63,340 nucleotides of DNA, filler included, from Olpidium bornovanus S191 (GCA_017911155.1; 26 parts of 26 records of this genome joined end to end with filler, not necessarily neighbours in it), one strand, 5' to 3'; counted from the first letter of the whole stretch, positions 45,560 through 56,713 are shown. The notes: generated by a model from the letters alone, not told the origin. Translations and numbers: made by a program.

Positions 45560-46197
45560 TTTTTTTTTCAGCCGGGGCACGAATCCTGGCCGGATCCACC
45601 CTGACATCGCCCAGTACCGGATAGATGCCGGCGATGCGAGGCCGATAAATTTCACGCCTCGATTGTAAGCGCTGAAAAAACCACAGCAAGCGGGTGATTA
45701 AACTCAACAAATGCCTGAGTGTGGTGTCATCGAGGCGGGTCACTCACCAAGGGCAGCACTTGTGGTACTTTGTGCCGAAGGAGGGCGGAAGTGTCCATTC
45801 CTGCATTGATAATAGTAAGCCAAACAAAGTCAGGAAAAAGGACTTGTTTATTGACAACACCCCAGGCTACCGACAGGTGGCTGTAGTACGGATGGCAGAA
45901 AAAAAACTACCTTGTCTCTCGTTAAGGACCCTATCAGTGGGTCTGTATGCCTTTCAGATCGGCCAGAACACCAGCTAATTTCCAAAATATGATAAACACA
46001 GTCTCAGTGCGACAGAGATGGCAATGTCACCTTGTCTGTCTGAACGACATTATTGTTCTCCCAAACGTTTGATGAGCATGCCAGGGACATTGGAGGGGTT
46101 TTTGACCGCCTCAGCGAGGCCGGTTTGTAGATGACGCTCGGAAAACGTTGGAGTTGAAGAAAACGCGCCTGGAAGACGACGGATCACTTGCGATGTA
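45560..46197 (+). mobile_element. Heavily decayed Ty3/gypsy reverse transcriptase
   Basis: Across frameshifts: PGRIHPDIAQYRIDAGDARPI, GVIEAGHSPRAALVVL, GLYAF, PANFQNMINTV, LVCLNDIIV (decayed YLDD, 46031-46057), FDEHARDIGGVFDRLSEAGL. Confidence 0.85.
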
Positions 46198-46297
46198 NNN
46201 NNNNNNNNNNNNNNNNNNNNNNNNNNNNNNNNNNNNNNNNNTTAATTAATTAANNNNNNNNNNNNNNNNNNNNNNNNNNNNNNNNNNNNNNNNNNNN

Positions 46298-47474
46298 CAT
46301 GGTGACCCAAGTCTGCACACGGTCAGCAAAGTTCTCGTAAAGAACGCGCGCATAATTCTTGAAATCATCGACGATGTTTGGACTGAGAAAGCATCCATAT
46401 TCGTCTTGGAGCTTTTGGGGACAATCCCAACTGTCCTCGGAACAAAGCACAACAAACCAAAAATGCGGGAGTGTAGAGAAACGTAATATAACGGGAGAAA
46501 TGCTCGTTGCTTAATTGATGCGCACATTTAAAAATTCTCCCACCCACCGCCATCACCGCGTTGGACTCGCGAGAAGATTCGGGAAGAGGACGGCATGCTC
46601 AAATTTGTCAAGTCCGCACTTACTGGCTTTTGACGGTGAAAAAGTTCAAAGGCCGCAAGGCACAGAAAACGCCAGTCAGTAGGATTCACAAAAAAAATTT
46701 GGGAAGAAGAGGTTCACGCCGACCCCACAAACGAGAGGCGGCATACGCACTACAGTGTAAGGATGGGCTCAATGCCGTTTGACAGGAGTTCGTCTACAAG
46801 GTCGCTGTAGAATTGGAGGCCCTTCTTATTAACCTCGCCCCGGCCTTCGGGGACCACACGTGCCCAGGCAACGGTGAACGCGTAGCGGTCCACGCCAAGG
46901 TCACGGAAAAGCTTGACGTCTTGCCTGAGAAGATAAAAATGGGCAGTGTGAGGCGCGAAAGCAAGGTACAAGGCGCATAATGCGCATAATTGAGTATGCA
47001 GTGAAATCCGCCGTTATTTTGCGGAAAATGAATGACAGGCAAAGTCCACGAACTTGTAACGGTAATAGTGTTCGGCAGCAACATCGCCAGTTGTGTTGTC
47101 GGCGATTGTCTTGCGTTCGTGGATGAAGGTGTCCCAAATGCTTGGCGCTTTGCCGTCAACGTTCCACGCGCCTTCGATCTAGGTAAGCGAACATATAAGC
47201 GCCTTAATGCGTTAAGAAACACCGCGACACGCGGATTCGCCGGTCGCTTAGAAAACGTGCGCGCCTTTGACGCCTAAACGGCTACTTTCTCCCGCTCTAC
47301 CTGGTACGCAGAAGTCCCGCAGCCGTAGAAGAAGTCTTTCGGAAGGGGCTGCTGGGGTCCAGCGGCGACAGGAGCAGTTTGGAGCGAAGGGGCAGGTAGA
47401 GCCACGGCGGCGACCGCAGCAGCGGCGCCGACGGCGCAGGCACACAGGTGCAGCGCGAAGTTCGCGGCTCGCAT
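46298..47474 (-). CDS. Glycoside hydrolase family 1 beta-glucosidase with signal peptide (3' truncated)
   Basis: [27 protein letters not shown], then [15 protein letters not shown] / [18 protein letters not shown]...[12 protein letters not shown] / [27 protein letters not shown] / [12 protein letters not shown]...[22 protein letters not shown]. Confidence 0.93.
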
Positions 47475-48594
47475 CGTCGGGGGCGTGGACGCGTTCGGGG
47501 GGAAAGCAAGCAAATGGCGGGAAAGGAACCGTGCGGGTGGCCGTTGGCGGTTGGAGGGGAGGAAGCGGGAAAACGGGGCCTATTTATATCGGGAAGAGCC
47601 GGCCGCGGAACCTCGAGCGATTTGCTGCGGGAACTAAAGCAAACGGGACCTGGGCGCAGTTGCATTTCTCGCTTCTGCCCTTGCCACAACAACTGCGTGT
47701 GCCTTTGCTGTCCGCACCAAAAAATCAAATTTTGCACGAGGAGCGGGCCATTTCCGCGGGAGGGATGCACTTGCCCTAGAATGCAAGGACGCCGGCGACA
47801 TTCCGCCAGGCAGGAAATCGAAGTGCGCGCACAGCTTGCTTCCGGGAACTGCGACGCGCCGACGAAAACTGAAATGCGTTACGCTCCGTACTGCTCCGGA
47901 AGTTGACCGACCTTTTGGACTTTTCGCAACGAACTTCCCGGCCCACAAGAGTTTTGACATTGAGCAAACGGCGAGAAGTCCTCGCATACTTCTTGCAAGA
48001 GGTTTTCGCGGGGACCGAGCGCCGAGCCCTGACGAGATCCAGCTGGTAATCGAGCGGCGACTGAAGGAGTTGCGCTGAGGAAGCGGTCAGCTATATCGGA
48101 CCGGCGGCTTTATCGCGATTGTTGTGTGACGTGGCTGTGCATTCTCTCCACGTTACAACCCACCTCCGTGCTATCATCACTGGACCACGCACAAGCCCGA
48201 TTCAAACGACAGAAATCCATGGNNNNNNNNNNNNNNNNNNNNNNNNNNNNNNNNNNNNNNNNNNNNTTAATTAATTAANNNNNNNNNNNNNNNNNNNNNN
48301 NNNNNNNNNNNNNNNNNNNNNNGACGCGGTCGACCTTGACGGAGACGCGGGGTGAGCCCGTGAAGGCGGAAAGAGGCGAGGAAAACCGCATTTCGTGGCG
48401 TCGCTCCTTCTCCACGGCTCGGCGAGGCGCCTGTTTTTACATGGCGGATAAGAATTCTTCTACGGGGGGGGGGGGATGCAACAGATGGGAGGCGGCCTTA
48501 GGGTGCACGCGGTGTGCAGTATATGTACAAGCGTACTGCGAAATATATATCGAACACGTCGCAGGAGCATCATGGCATCCCACATCCGGACGCA

Positions 48595-48600
48595 TATAAA
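48595..48600 (+). promoter_or_regulatory. TATA box upstream of the orphan secreted-protein gene
   Basis: TATAAA(AGG) in otherwise GC-rich sequence, 88 and 166 nt upstream of the ATGs at 48683 and 48761. Confidence 0.55.
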
Positions 48601-48760
48601 AGGCGGGAGAGTCTTCAATCCTTTTCACGCCCGCCGGCCGTTCCTCGCTCACTCCCGCGCTTCGGACGGACACGGTCGATCGATGTCCTCTGTGTCGTCT
48701 CCTGTCCGCCGGACGTCACCACCGCCACGCTCACGCACGCCGCGCCGCGCCGCGCTTCCA

Positions 48761-49562
48761 ATGACGTCCCCCCGCGCCGCCCGCCTCGCCGCCGCGCTCG
48801 CCGCTGCTGCCGCCGCCGCCGCCGTCGTCGTCGTCCTCCCCGACCGCCCCGCCGCCCTTGCCGCGCCAAGCGGCAACTAGCGGACGACGTCGATTACACG
48901 CCCTTCAATGACGAGAGCATGCACTACTCGCTGCAGCCCGACGGTCCCTTACCGGAAGACGATCTCGGTTTCATGAAGAAGCGCCTCAAGGCACACTTGG
49001 ATTTGGCAGAAGCGGCAATGGTGGAAGCGGCGCAATCGATTCACGCTGACGAACCGGATGCAGAGTCAAAGTACAAGAGGTTCTTCAAGGCCAGGCTATC
49101 AACGCTCATTGAACTTACCATAAAAAAGTTCCCAGAGTCAGCGTATCAGGCTGCGATAAAGCGTTACAAGGGGGCCTTCAGGGTCAAGCTAGAAGAGCTC
49201 GTAGAATCGCTCGTATATGCGAAGAACCCAATGCCTTACAGTCTCCCCAGCAATTACAAAAGGTGGACGGTCGCCAAGTGGATTATGAGCTTTGCGCACA
49301 GCGAGTGCCGTAAAAGCGGACGTGAAATCCGAAATATTGACAATTTCTACGAGAGTACCAAGGGCAACGACCTTTATCGGCAGGATCCTGATCATAGCCA
49401 GTTTTGGGACGATAGTCGCCAGATACTTGCCGACCTAAACAAACTGGTTTATACGATCAAAAATATGGCGAACGAGTTTGTGGAGATGCTCCAGGCGGAC
49501 GGGAAGTCGACGGAGCAGAAGCAGTCCGTCGTGTACGAACTTTACACAAAGGACTTCATGAA
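48761..49562 (+). pseudogene. Orphan secreted protein (effector candidate) with a 1-nt frameshift after the signal peptide; 3' truncated
   Basis: MTSPRAARLAAALAAAAAAAAVVVVLPDRPAALAAP ends in SGN* (TAG at 48878). One extra base at CCAAG (48866-48870) would join it to KRQLADDV and an uninterrupted, helical-looking ORF of about 230 aa. Confidence 0.55.
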
Positions 49563-50003
49563 NNNNNNNNNNNNNNNNNNNNNNNNNNNNNNNNNNNNNN
49601 NNNNNNTTAATTAATTAANNNNNNNNNNNNNNNNNNNNNNNNNNNNNNNNNNNNNNNNNNNNAAAGGTACGTTGGATGTGATTTTCTGGAATTTTTATGT
49701 ACATGTAGACGAAAGACAGGAAGAACAAAAAAATGGAGAAAAAAACAAAAAAAAAAAAAAAAAGCGCTGCGCCTGCGCGTTGATTGGACGGCGGCCGCGC
49801 AATACGGGCCCGTTCGGCCGGAAAAAAAAAAGGGCCGCCGGCGCAGGGGCGGCGGAGACTCGGCCTGCTGGAGGCCGTCCGTCAGGGCCGCTCGGTTCGT
49901 GGAGCAGGCCGGAACCGCCTCAGCCTCCGAGTTCGCCTGCTCCACCCCGTCAGGCACCCCCCCCCCCCTTCCCCGGGCTTCGCCGGCCGGCGACGCTGCC
50001 GAA

Positions 50004-52181
50004 ATGCACCTGACCAGGGACGGCAGCGGCTCGCCGGCGGGCGAGGGCCGCGCGGGAATCAGCGGCGCGAGCCCCGCCGCGCTCGCGCCGTCTGCTCTCG
50101 CCCCGCTGCGGTCCGGCCTCGCGTGGTGGAGGCCGGGCGGCAGGGCGGTGCTGGCCGCGCTCGTCTCCGCCGCCTTGTTCTTCTGCGTCTGCAGCGCGCA
50201 GTTGCGCCGGCTGCCCTCGCTCTCCGCCGCGCCGCCGTTCCCGCCGCCGCCGCCGCCGCCGCCCGGCGGAACCGCCGTCGGAAACCGGGCCGCAGCTCAG
50301 GGACGGGGCCCCGGCCCGTCGGACGCGCCGCGGCGACCGCGCCCCCTGTCGGTCTTCGTCGGACTGCCCGGCCCTCCGCCGCAGGCCCTCGGGCCGTCCG
50401 GCGACGCCGGCGGCCGCGGGGGCGGAAAAGCCGCGGCGCGGGGCGCTTTGCGGCCCCACAACCCGCAGCCCTCGCGGCCCCGGCCGTCAGCCCGGCTCGT
50501 GCCCGCGGCGGCCTACCCGGCCGATGCGCAGTTCCGAAGCGTCAGGAGGGAGCACGCGTGCTGGAGGAAGAAGTGCAAGTTCCTGTTTCCGGGCGTCGTG
50601 GGCGAGCAGCTGACGAAAGGCGGCATGCACTTCCACCAGCTCGCGCTCCTCGCCCGCCGCCTCAACCGCACCCTCGTGCTGCCGAACGTGGCCGACAGCA
50701 GGATCGAGTCGTGCCTCCCGTACCCGTTCAGCACCTACTTTGACGTCGACGCCCTTGGAGGCGTGGTCGAGTGGATCGACATCTCAGAGTTCGTGGAGAT
50801 TCTCCGCGACAGGTTTCGGAACCGACCGCACGGGCCCGGAGACCTGCGGGGACGCCTGAACGCGGCGGCCGCGGACCATCCGCCGCCGCAGCAGCACGAC
50901 CTGCAGCAATCCCTGACGACGCCGCCGTGGGTGACGGCGCAGTACCTCGTGTTCTCGGTGCGGCCGCTCCCGCCCAAGGCCGACAGGCGCAACCCGCAGG
51001 GCATCAAGTCGCTTCTGCAGTGCTACCGCGAGAGCGCGACCAACCCGACCGGCGCCCCCGCCAACCCGCTGCCGTTCACGCGGCCGACCCTCAATTTTTT
51101 TCCGCCCGAGTACCGGCGCGCCGGCGAGGCGGACGACGCCCGCCGCTTCTTCGTGCGCGCGCCGCGGCGCGCCGGCGAGGCGGAGGTCTGGGCCGCCTAC
51201 GCGCGCTCGGTGATCGCCACGCTCCAGTCGCTGGCCGACGTGGACGTGCTCGGGGTGCATTACAGGTGGCGGAAGCCGTACCTGTTCCCCGCCGACGCGG
51301 AGACGCCGCTGGAATACAACCCGGCCTTTTGGGCCCGCGCGCGGCGCGTGGCCTCGACGTACATGGCGCGTCCGTTCGTGGCCGTGCACTGGCGCATGGA
51401 GACGGTCGACCCGCGCGGGATGCCGGCCTGCGCGGACATGCTGGCCCGGCACCTCCGGAAGGTGAAGCGGGAGCTCCTGCAGGGGCGCGAGCCCGGGTCC
51501 GACGGCGTCAGCGTGTTTCTCGCGAACGACCTCCCCGCGCCGGACGAGGGCGGGCCCGTCCGGCCCGGGGCGACGACGTTCGTGAACGCCAGCTCGCTCT
51601 ACTACGCCGCGCGGAGGAGGCTGCTCGACGCCGTGCAGGGGTTCGCGACGTGGCGGACCCTGGCGGCCGAAGACCGGCGGCGCGCCGCCGAGCAGAACCG
51701 CGAGCCGCCGGACGACGAAGCCCCCGGCGAAGCGCGCGGGGACGCGGGCGCGCTGGGCATCCTCGACAAACTCGTCTGCTCGCTCGCGGACCACTTCGTG
51801 GCCGGACCCCCCGGCTGCTCCAAGGGCTCGTCGTTCACCAGGCAGATCTCCACGCTGCGCGCCGGGCCCCCGCGGTGGTCGCCGTCGGACGTCCGGGCCG
51901 CGGACGGCCGCGGGGGCCCCGGCGGACGGGCGGGCGGCGGGCCGCCCACGCGCGCCGCCGGCGCGGGCCTCCCCGGCGCGCAGGGACCGGCGCTCTCGGG
52001 GCGGCCGGCGGGCGGCGAGACAAGGGCTCCGCCCGCGCCCCGGCCCCCCGCGAACATCGTGGACACGTGGCCACCCCCCAGCGTCGGCTACGTCCGGCAG
52101 ATCGCAGCCCGGTACGACGTCGCCTTCGGCGACAACGCTGCCAACCTCGACGATGCAGCCGAGTGGCGCGGCGGGCCGTGA
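50004..52181 (+). CDS. GDP-fucose protein O-fucosyltransferase-like (PF10250), type II membrane protein, single exon
   Basis: TM segment AVLAALVSAALFFCVCSA, then GEQLTKGGMHF..LALLARRLNRTLVLP, PFSTYFD, FVAVHWRME, VFLANDLP, GILDKLVCSLADHFVAG...SSFTRQI. Frame is open from 49899. Confidence 0.8.
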   Translation: MHLTRDGSGSPAGEGRAGISGASPAALAPSALAPLRSGLAWWRPGGRAVLAALVSAALFFCVCSAQLRRLPSLSAAPPFPPPPPPPPGGTAVGNRAAAQGRGPGPSDAPRRPRPLSVFVGLPGPPPQALGPSGDAGGRGGGKAAARGALRPHNPQPSRPRPSARLVPAAAYPADAQFRSVRREHACWRKKCKFLFPGVVGEQLTKGGMHFHQLALLARRLNRTLVLPNVADSRIESCLPYPFSTYFDVDALGGVVEWIDISEFVEILRDRFRNRPHGPGDLRGRLNAAAADHPPPQQHDLQQSLTTPPWVTAQYLVFSVRPLPPKADRRNPQGIKSLLQCYRESATNPTGAPANPLPFTRPTLNFFPPEYRRAGEADDARRFFVRAPRRAGEAEVWAAYARSVIATLQSLADVDVLGVHYRWRKPYLFPADAETPLEYNPAFWARARRVASTYMARPFVAVHWRMETVDPRGMPACADMLARHLRKVKRELLQGREPGSDGVSVFLANDLPAPDEGGPVRPGATTFVNASSLYYAARRRLLDAVQGFATWRTLAAEDRRRAAEQNREPPDDEAPGEARGDAGALGILDKLVCSLADHFVAGPPGCSKGSSFTRQISTLRAGPPRWSPSDVRAADGRGGPGGRAGGGPPTRAAGAGLPGAQGPALSGRPAGGETRAPPAPRPPANIVDTWPPPSVGYVRQIAARYDVAFGDNAANLDDAAEWRGGP

Positions 52182-53690
52182 GAACAGCGCGGAGCGCCGG
52201 TGCTAACCTTGCGACGGTCGTCGCCTATCTTTCTCTCATTCACTCTCTTTCTCCCTCTTTCTCTCCCTCTACATGCAACCTTTTTTTCATTCCAACCCGC
52301 CCGAAGAGACCGGGGATTTGCGTTTAGCCGCCTGGAGCCTTTCCCTTTCCCCCGCCCGTCCCTTCGTGCCGTGCACGAAACGGACGCTTCGNNNNNNNNN
52401 NNNNNNNNNNNNNNNNNNNNNNNNNNNNNNNNNNNTTAATTAATTAANNNNNNNNNNNNNNNNNNNNNNNNNNNNNNNNNNNNNNNNNNNNCCATGGTGA
52501 CGATGGCAACGGGGATTGCCAAAGGCAAAGCAGAGCGAGCAGCAAAAGGCAAAAAATGACAAAAGGTCGCTGCTTTCTCGCTATATGAATCTACTCACGG
52601 CGCCGCTGCCTCTGAGTAAAATGGCGCGTGTGTACGTCCAGCGCACGCGTCGAGGGCTGCATCACAGCGGCGACGTAGATTTCGCCTGTTGGGATGGCTA
52701 AGAGTTTTCAGCCGCCGCTGCTCAACCGCCCTCCTCACACACTCCTCCGCTCGCCGCTTGAGGCCGTTTGCAAAGCCCTCACGGCACCCTGCGTTATTTT
52801 TTGGGAGGAGAGCCGGCGCGGTTGGGGTGGTACCTACAGGCGATTCTTTCAGCAGTTTTGAGGCCATCAAGTCTACGTGAACCGTGCGAAATCTTTCTTC
52901 GAACGTCCGTCTGTTGAGTTTCTCGGGCAAAATATATCATGCAATCGGTGTCCGAAGAAGAGGTCTACTTCCAGGCCGTCGCGGATTTGCCTCCTCCTGC
53001 GGCAGTTTTCCTTCTCTCTTTTTTTTTTTTTTTTTGTTTTCCGCGGCAGTTAGTACAATTCCCGCGGGTGAGAGCTGCCGCAACAGCCGCAGCAACAGCC
53101 GCAGCAGAGAATAAATGGGTAAGAGCCGCCGCCCAAGCCGCGTGGAAAGAGGCGCCGCTGCGGGGAACGATGACGACACCTGTCACCTGCGCGCGCGCTC
53201 CAGTGACAGGTTGACACCCCAGACGAGGCCCTCCCCGCCCCGCGAACGCCACGCGCCTCTCCCGCCCGAACCGAGTGGTGCGCTTTACGGGGAAGAGGGA
53301 GGGGGGGCGGGGTGGTTTCGCCGCGAGAGATCTACCGCGCGCTTTTCTTCCCATTTTTGCCCCCGAGTTTCGACTGCGGCACCGTGTGTTTCGGGTCCCG
53401 CTGTGGCGTTACGGCTGCTGCCTTTTGCCCGTGCCGACGAAAAGCCGACGGCAATCGTGACTGACTGGACTCTGCTGGTCTGGCGCCACCGCCGACCGGC
53501 AGCCCGTCTTTTTGCGCGCGCGCTCCCGTTATCACTCCAAACCGCGGCGCTCCCGCGCCCCGTCCCCCAGCGACCCCTTTTCGCCACGCACGGACGCACT
53601 GCAACCGCCGTCGTCGCGCGCGCGCGCCCACGTAGCGAACATACCGTTGCGCCTGCCGCTGCGTCGCGGCCGCGATACGTGCACGTCGCG

Positions 53691-54730
53691 ATGCCGACAG
53701 GGCCCAAGTACACGAACGCATTGGCGAAAGTGACGAACTCGCCGTACCTCCTGCAGCACGCGCACAACCCTGTGAGTTTTGCCGCATACTCGGCGCGTGG
53801 GTGGACTCAACCCGGGGCGTCGACGAGCCAAACGCCGTGCTTTTGCAGGTGGACTGGTATCCTTGGGGCGAACAAGCTTTCGAAAAAGCCAAGCGGGAAA
53901 ACAAGCCAATATTTCTCTCCATCGGGTATCAGATGAAGGACGCTGTCCCCGCTTTTCTTTTTTGGAACGACCAATTTACGGTCGTGAACGTTGATCAAGC
54001 CGGCGACGATTTTCAAATCCCCTCGTCTCTCTCCGTCGCAGCTATTCGACATGCCAGTACGTTCGCGAAACATTACCTCGAGCTCGCGTACTTCGACGCA
54101 AAAGTACTGACTTTTACTCAATAATGCCACTATAATGTTATCAGTTGGTGTCACGTCATGGGTATGTCCCTGTGTGCCATTATACTGGTCAACTTGAACA
54201 TCGACGGATAACGTCGACGGACATTTTGGTTTTTTTTTTTTTTTCCTTTTTGCAGTAAGGTGTATGCTTCCTTCGCTGCGCAATCCAGAGTGAGCAGTCC
54301 TTGACGACGACGACAAATAGGAAGAGGAAAGTTTCGAGAACGAAGACATTGCTAAGATGTTGAACGAAAATTTCGTGTCCATCAAAGTCGACAGGTATGA
54401 CTTTGCTACCACACATTCGCCACGTTGCGGTAATCGCAGAAAGAGCGTCACACTTAGCGGTCTTGATTCATTTTCGTAACTTTTCCAGAGAAACCCAACC
54501 AGACGTTGACGCTACGTACATGATGTTCGTTCAGGCGACTACTCACCACGGAGGGTGGCCCCTCTCGGTATTTTTGACGGTACTGTGGGGTTCTCCGTTA
54601 CTCCGTTCCCTCCGCAATTGCTTTCCGCCTTTGCTTGCGGAGCTGACTCGTGCAATGACAGCCCGAATTACATCCAATATTTGGAGGAACATATTTTCCG
54701 CCGGTAGATCAACTTGGCAGGTAACTGCCA
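53691..54730 (+). CDS. SPATA20: SPATA20/YyaL-like thioredoxin-domain protein (5' part, microexons)
   Basis: [19 protein letters not shown] / [26 protein letters not shown] / YSTCH / WCHVM / [23 protein letters not shown] / PDVDATYM...[10 protein letters not shown] / [14 protein letters not shown]. Confidence 0.95.
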
Positions 54731-55909
54731 NNNNNNNNNNNNNNNNNNNNNNNNNNNNNNNNNNNNNNNNNNNNTTAATTAATTAANNNNNNNNNNNNNN
54801 NNNNNNNNNNNNNNNNNNNNNNNNNNNNNNTTACGTCAAGCAGCGGGAGGCACGATTTACGGGGTTCTTGCCGAATTGAGGAACAAAAACGTGGAGAACC
54901 GCCTAAGTAGCTTGGCAGCCCGAAGAGGAAGTTCGCAGAGGCGGCCCCATGTTGATGTATGTGGGTGCCTAAGGCCCCCCCCCGCGGCGCCGTTTAACCT
55001 AAAACCCCCTTGCCAGCCTAAACATTTTCTGCGTCAACGGTGCCTGTTGTTGGTCGCAAACCTGCCCAACGACTACACTCCAGGTGTCAAGGGGCTCATC
55101 GTTGTCACCACCGCAACCCGAGGCAGGAGCCGGGGCACCCCGGCGGCGGCTCCCGGACTTCCGCCCTGGCAGAAACCCGCTGAGGATTATTGGTGTCCGG
55201 AACCGAGTCAACAACAATATCGTTACAATATCGTTACCGTCGTCGTCGAGCTCGAGGTTACCGACGGAAGTTGTAACGTTCGCAACCAGAACGGCAGGCG
55301 GTGGTGATGCAGCCCCCGCGTTTTCCACCCTTGCTAATTGCCCAAACCGACCCCAACAACGAACACGCTCCACGAGACGAAGGGGGCTTATCGTGGTCCG
55401 CCGCAGGCCGCCTGCCGCGGGAGGCGACCGAGGGCGCATTCGCTTTCCCCGGGAGACGTCCCCCCGGGCCGCCGGCTGGACGACGAGACGCCGCGGACTT
55501 GGGGCAGGCGGCGGCGGAGGCGGCCGCGATGGAACTCACGGGCGAGCGGCGGCTCGCTCGGTTGCCGCCCGCCGTCGCAGCAGCAGCCGCCGGGCCGGCG
55601 GCGCGTCTGGGGCCGAGCGGTTTCTCGGCCGGCGCACGACGCCGAGCCCGTCGTCGGGGCCGCGGCGAGGCGGCGTGCGCGGCGCTCAAAGCTTCCGGCC
55701 GACCGTCGGTGCCGCCGACTCGCGCACGGGGTGGAGGCGGCTGTGGGGCGCGTAGTTTTACAGGGGCGAGGAGCTCCGCGAGCGCGCGTGGGGAAGATGC
55801 TCCAGCACGAGCGCGCGCGGAATGTCCGGCTGAACCGCTGCGAGGGTGGAGAGTACGCGCGGCTCGCAGGAGCCGCAGGAATCCCTGTGGATTTTCCGCT
55901 CCATGCTCA

Positions 55910-55953
<44 letters not shown>

Positions 55954-56053
55954 NNNNNNNNNNNNNNNNNNNNNNNNNNNNNNNNNNNNNNNNNNNNTTA
56001 ATTAATTAANNNNNNNNNNNNNNNNNNNNNNNNNNNNNNNNNNNNNNNNNNNN

Positions 56054-56713
56054 ATGCACTGGCAAAAGGACTGCCCTAACCGTCCTGCCGCCGGCAATGG
56101 CCAATGTCAACGTGCTGCACGCGCAGTGGCTGCCACGGGTCTGGTTCTTAACCAAGAGGACGGCCACGCCATGCCTGCCGTCTCTCGACGTGTGCGGAAT
56201 GCTGGCCATGCACGCCGTGCCGTCGCGCGCCTTGCGCAGCTCATTTCATTTGATTCTGGCCCGGCCTCTACTGGGGCTCTAGAGACCCCAATGCTCCACC
56301 GGTCGCCGCACGGGCGCACGCAGGGCGTACCTGCAAGTACGGCAATCAGGAAACGACGGCCCCGGCGCGCATGAACCTCAACACGGGAGTTCTCACCAGC
56401 TCGTGAGCAACCCCGCTGTTCTCACTGATGTGCATGACCCCGACGAGGGCGCCACCAAACTCGGTCTCGCCGACGATACGGAGCTCGATGTCGTCGCTCA
56501 AGGCACAGTTTCCATCCGAGATGTCGACGGTAAACTTTTTCATCTTCAGGGCGTTCGTTGCGTCCCCGGCATCCGGGAATCTCTCTTTTTTATTGCCAGC
56601 GCAACAAACAGCAGCGTCGGTTTGTGGTTCGGCCCCACCGGCGAAATCTTGATCGTCAAGAACCTGATGCCGCCGGCCAGAAGGATCCTTGCATCCCCCA
56701 GCACACACTGAAA
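56054..56713 (+). mobile_element. Decayed Ty1/copia gag zinc-knuckle end and protease region
   Basis: HWQKDCP (knuckle end), ISFDSG, then LVSNPAVLTDV...LGLADDTELDVVAQGTVSI...LQGVRCVPGIRESLF (copia protease / beta-barrel pattern). Frames are broken. Confidence 0.75.

Noticed and set aside
52492-53200. Possible minus-strand gene divergent from SPATA20
   Set aside because: There is a plausible intron, but no recognisable product and the frames are ambiguous.
54831-55953. Several overlapping GC-rich ORFs
   Set aside because: Low-complexity Ala/Arg/Gly translations on both strands. The coding strand cannot be determined.
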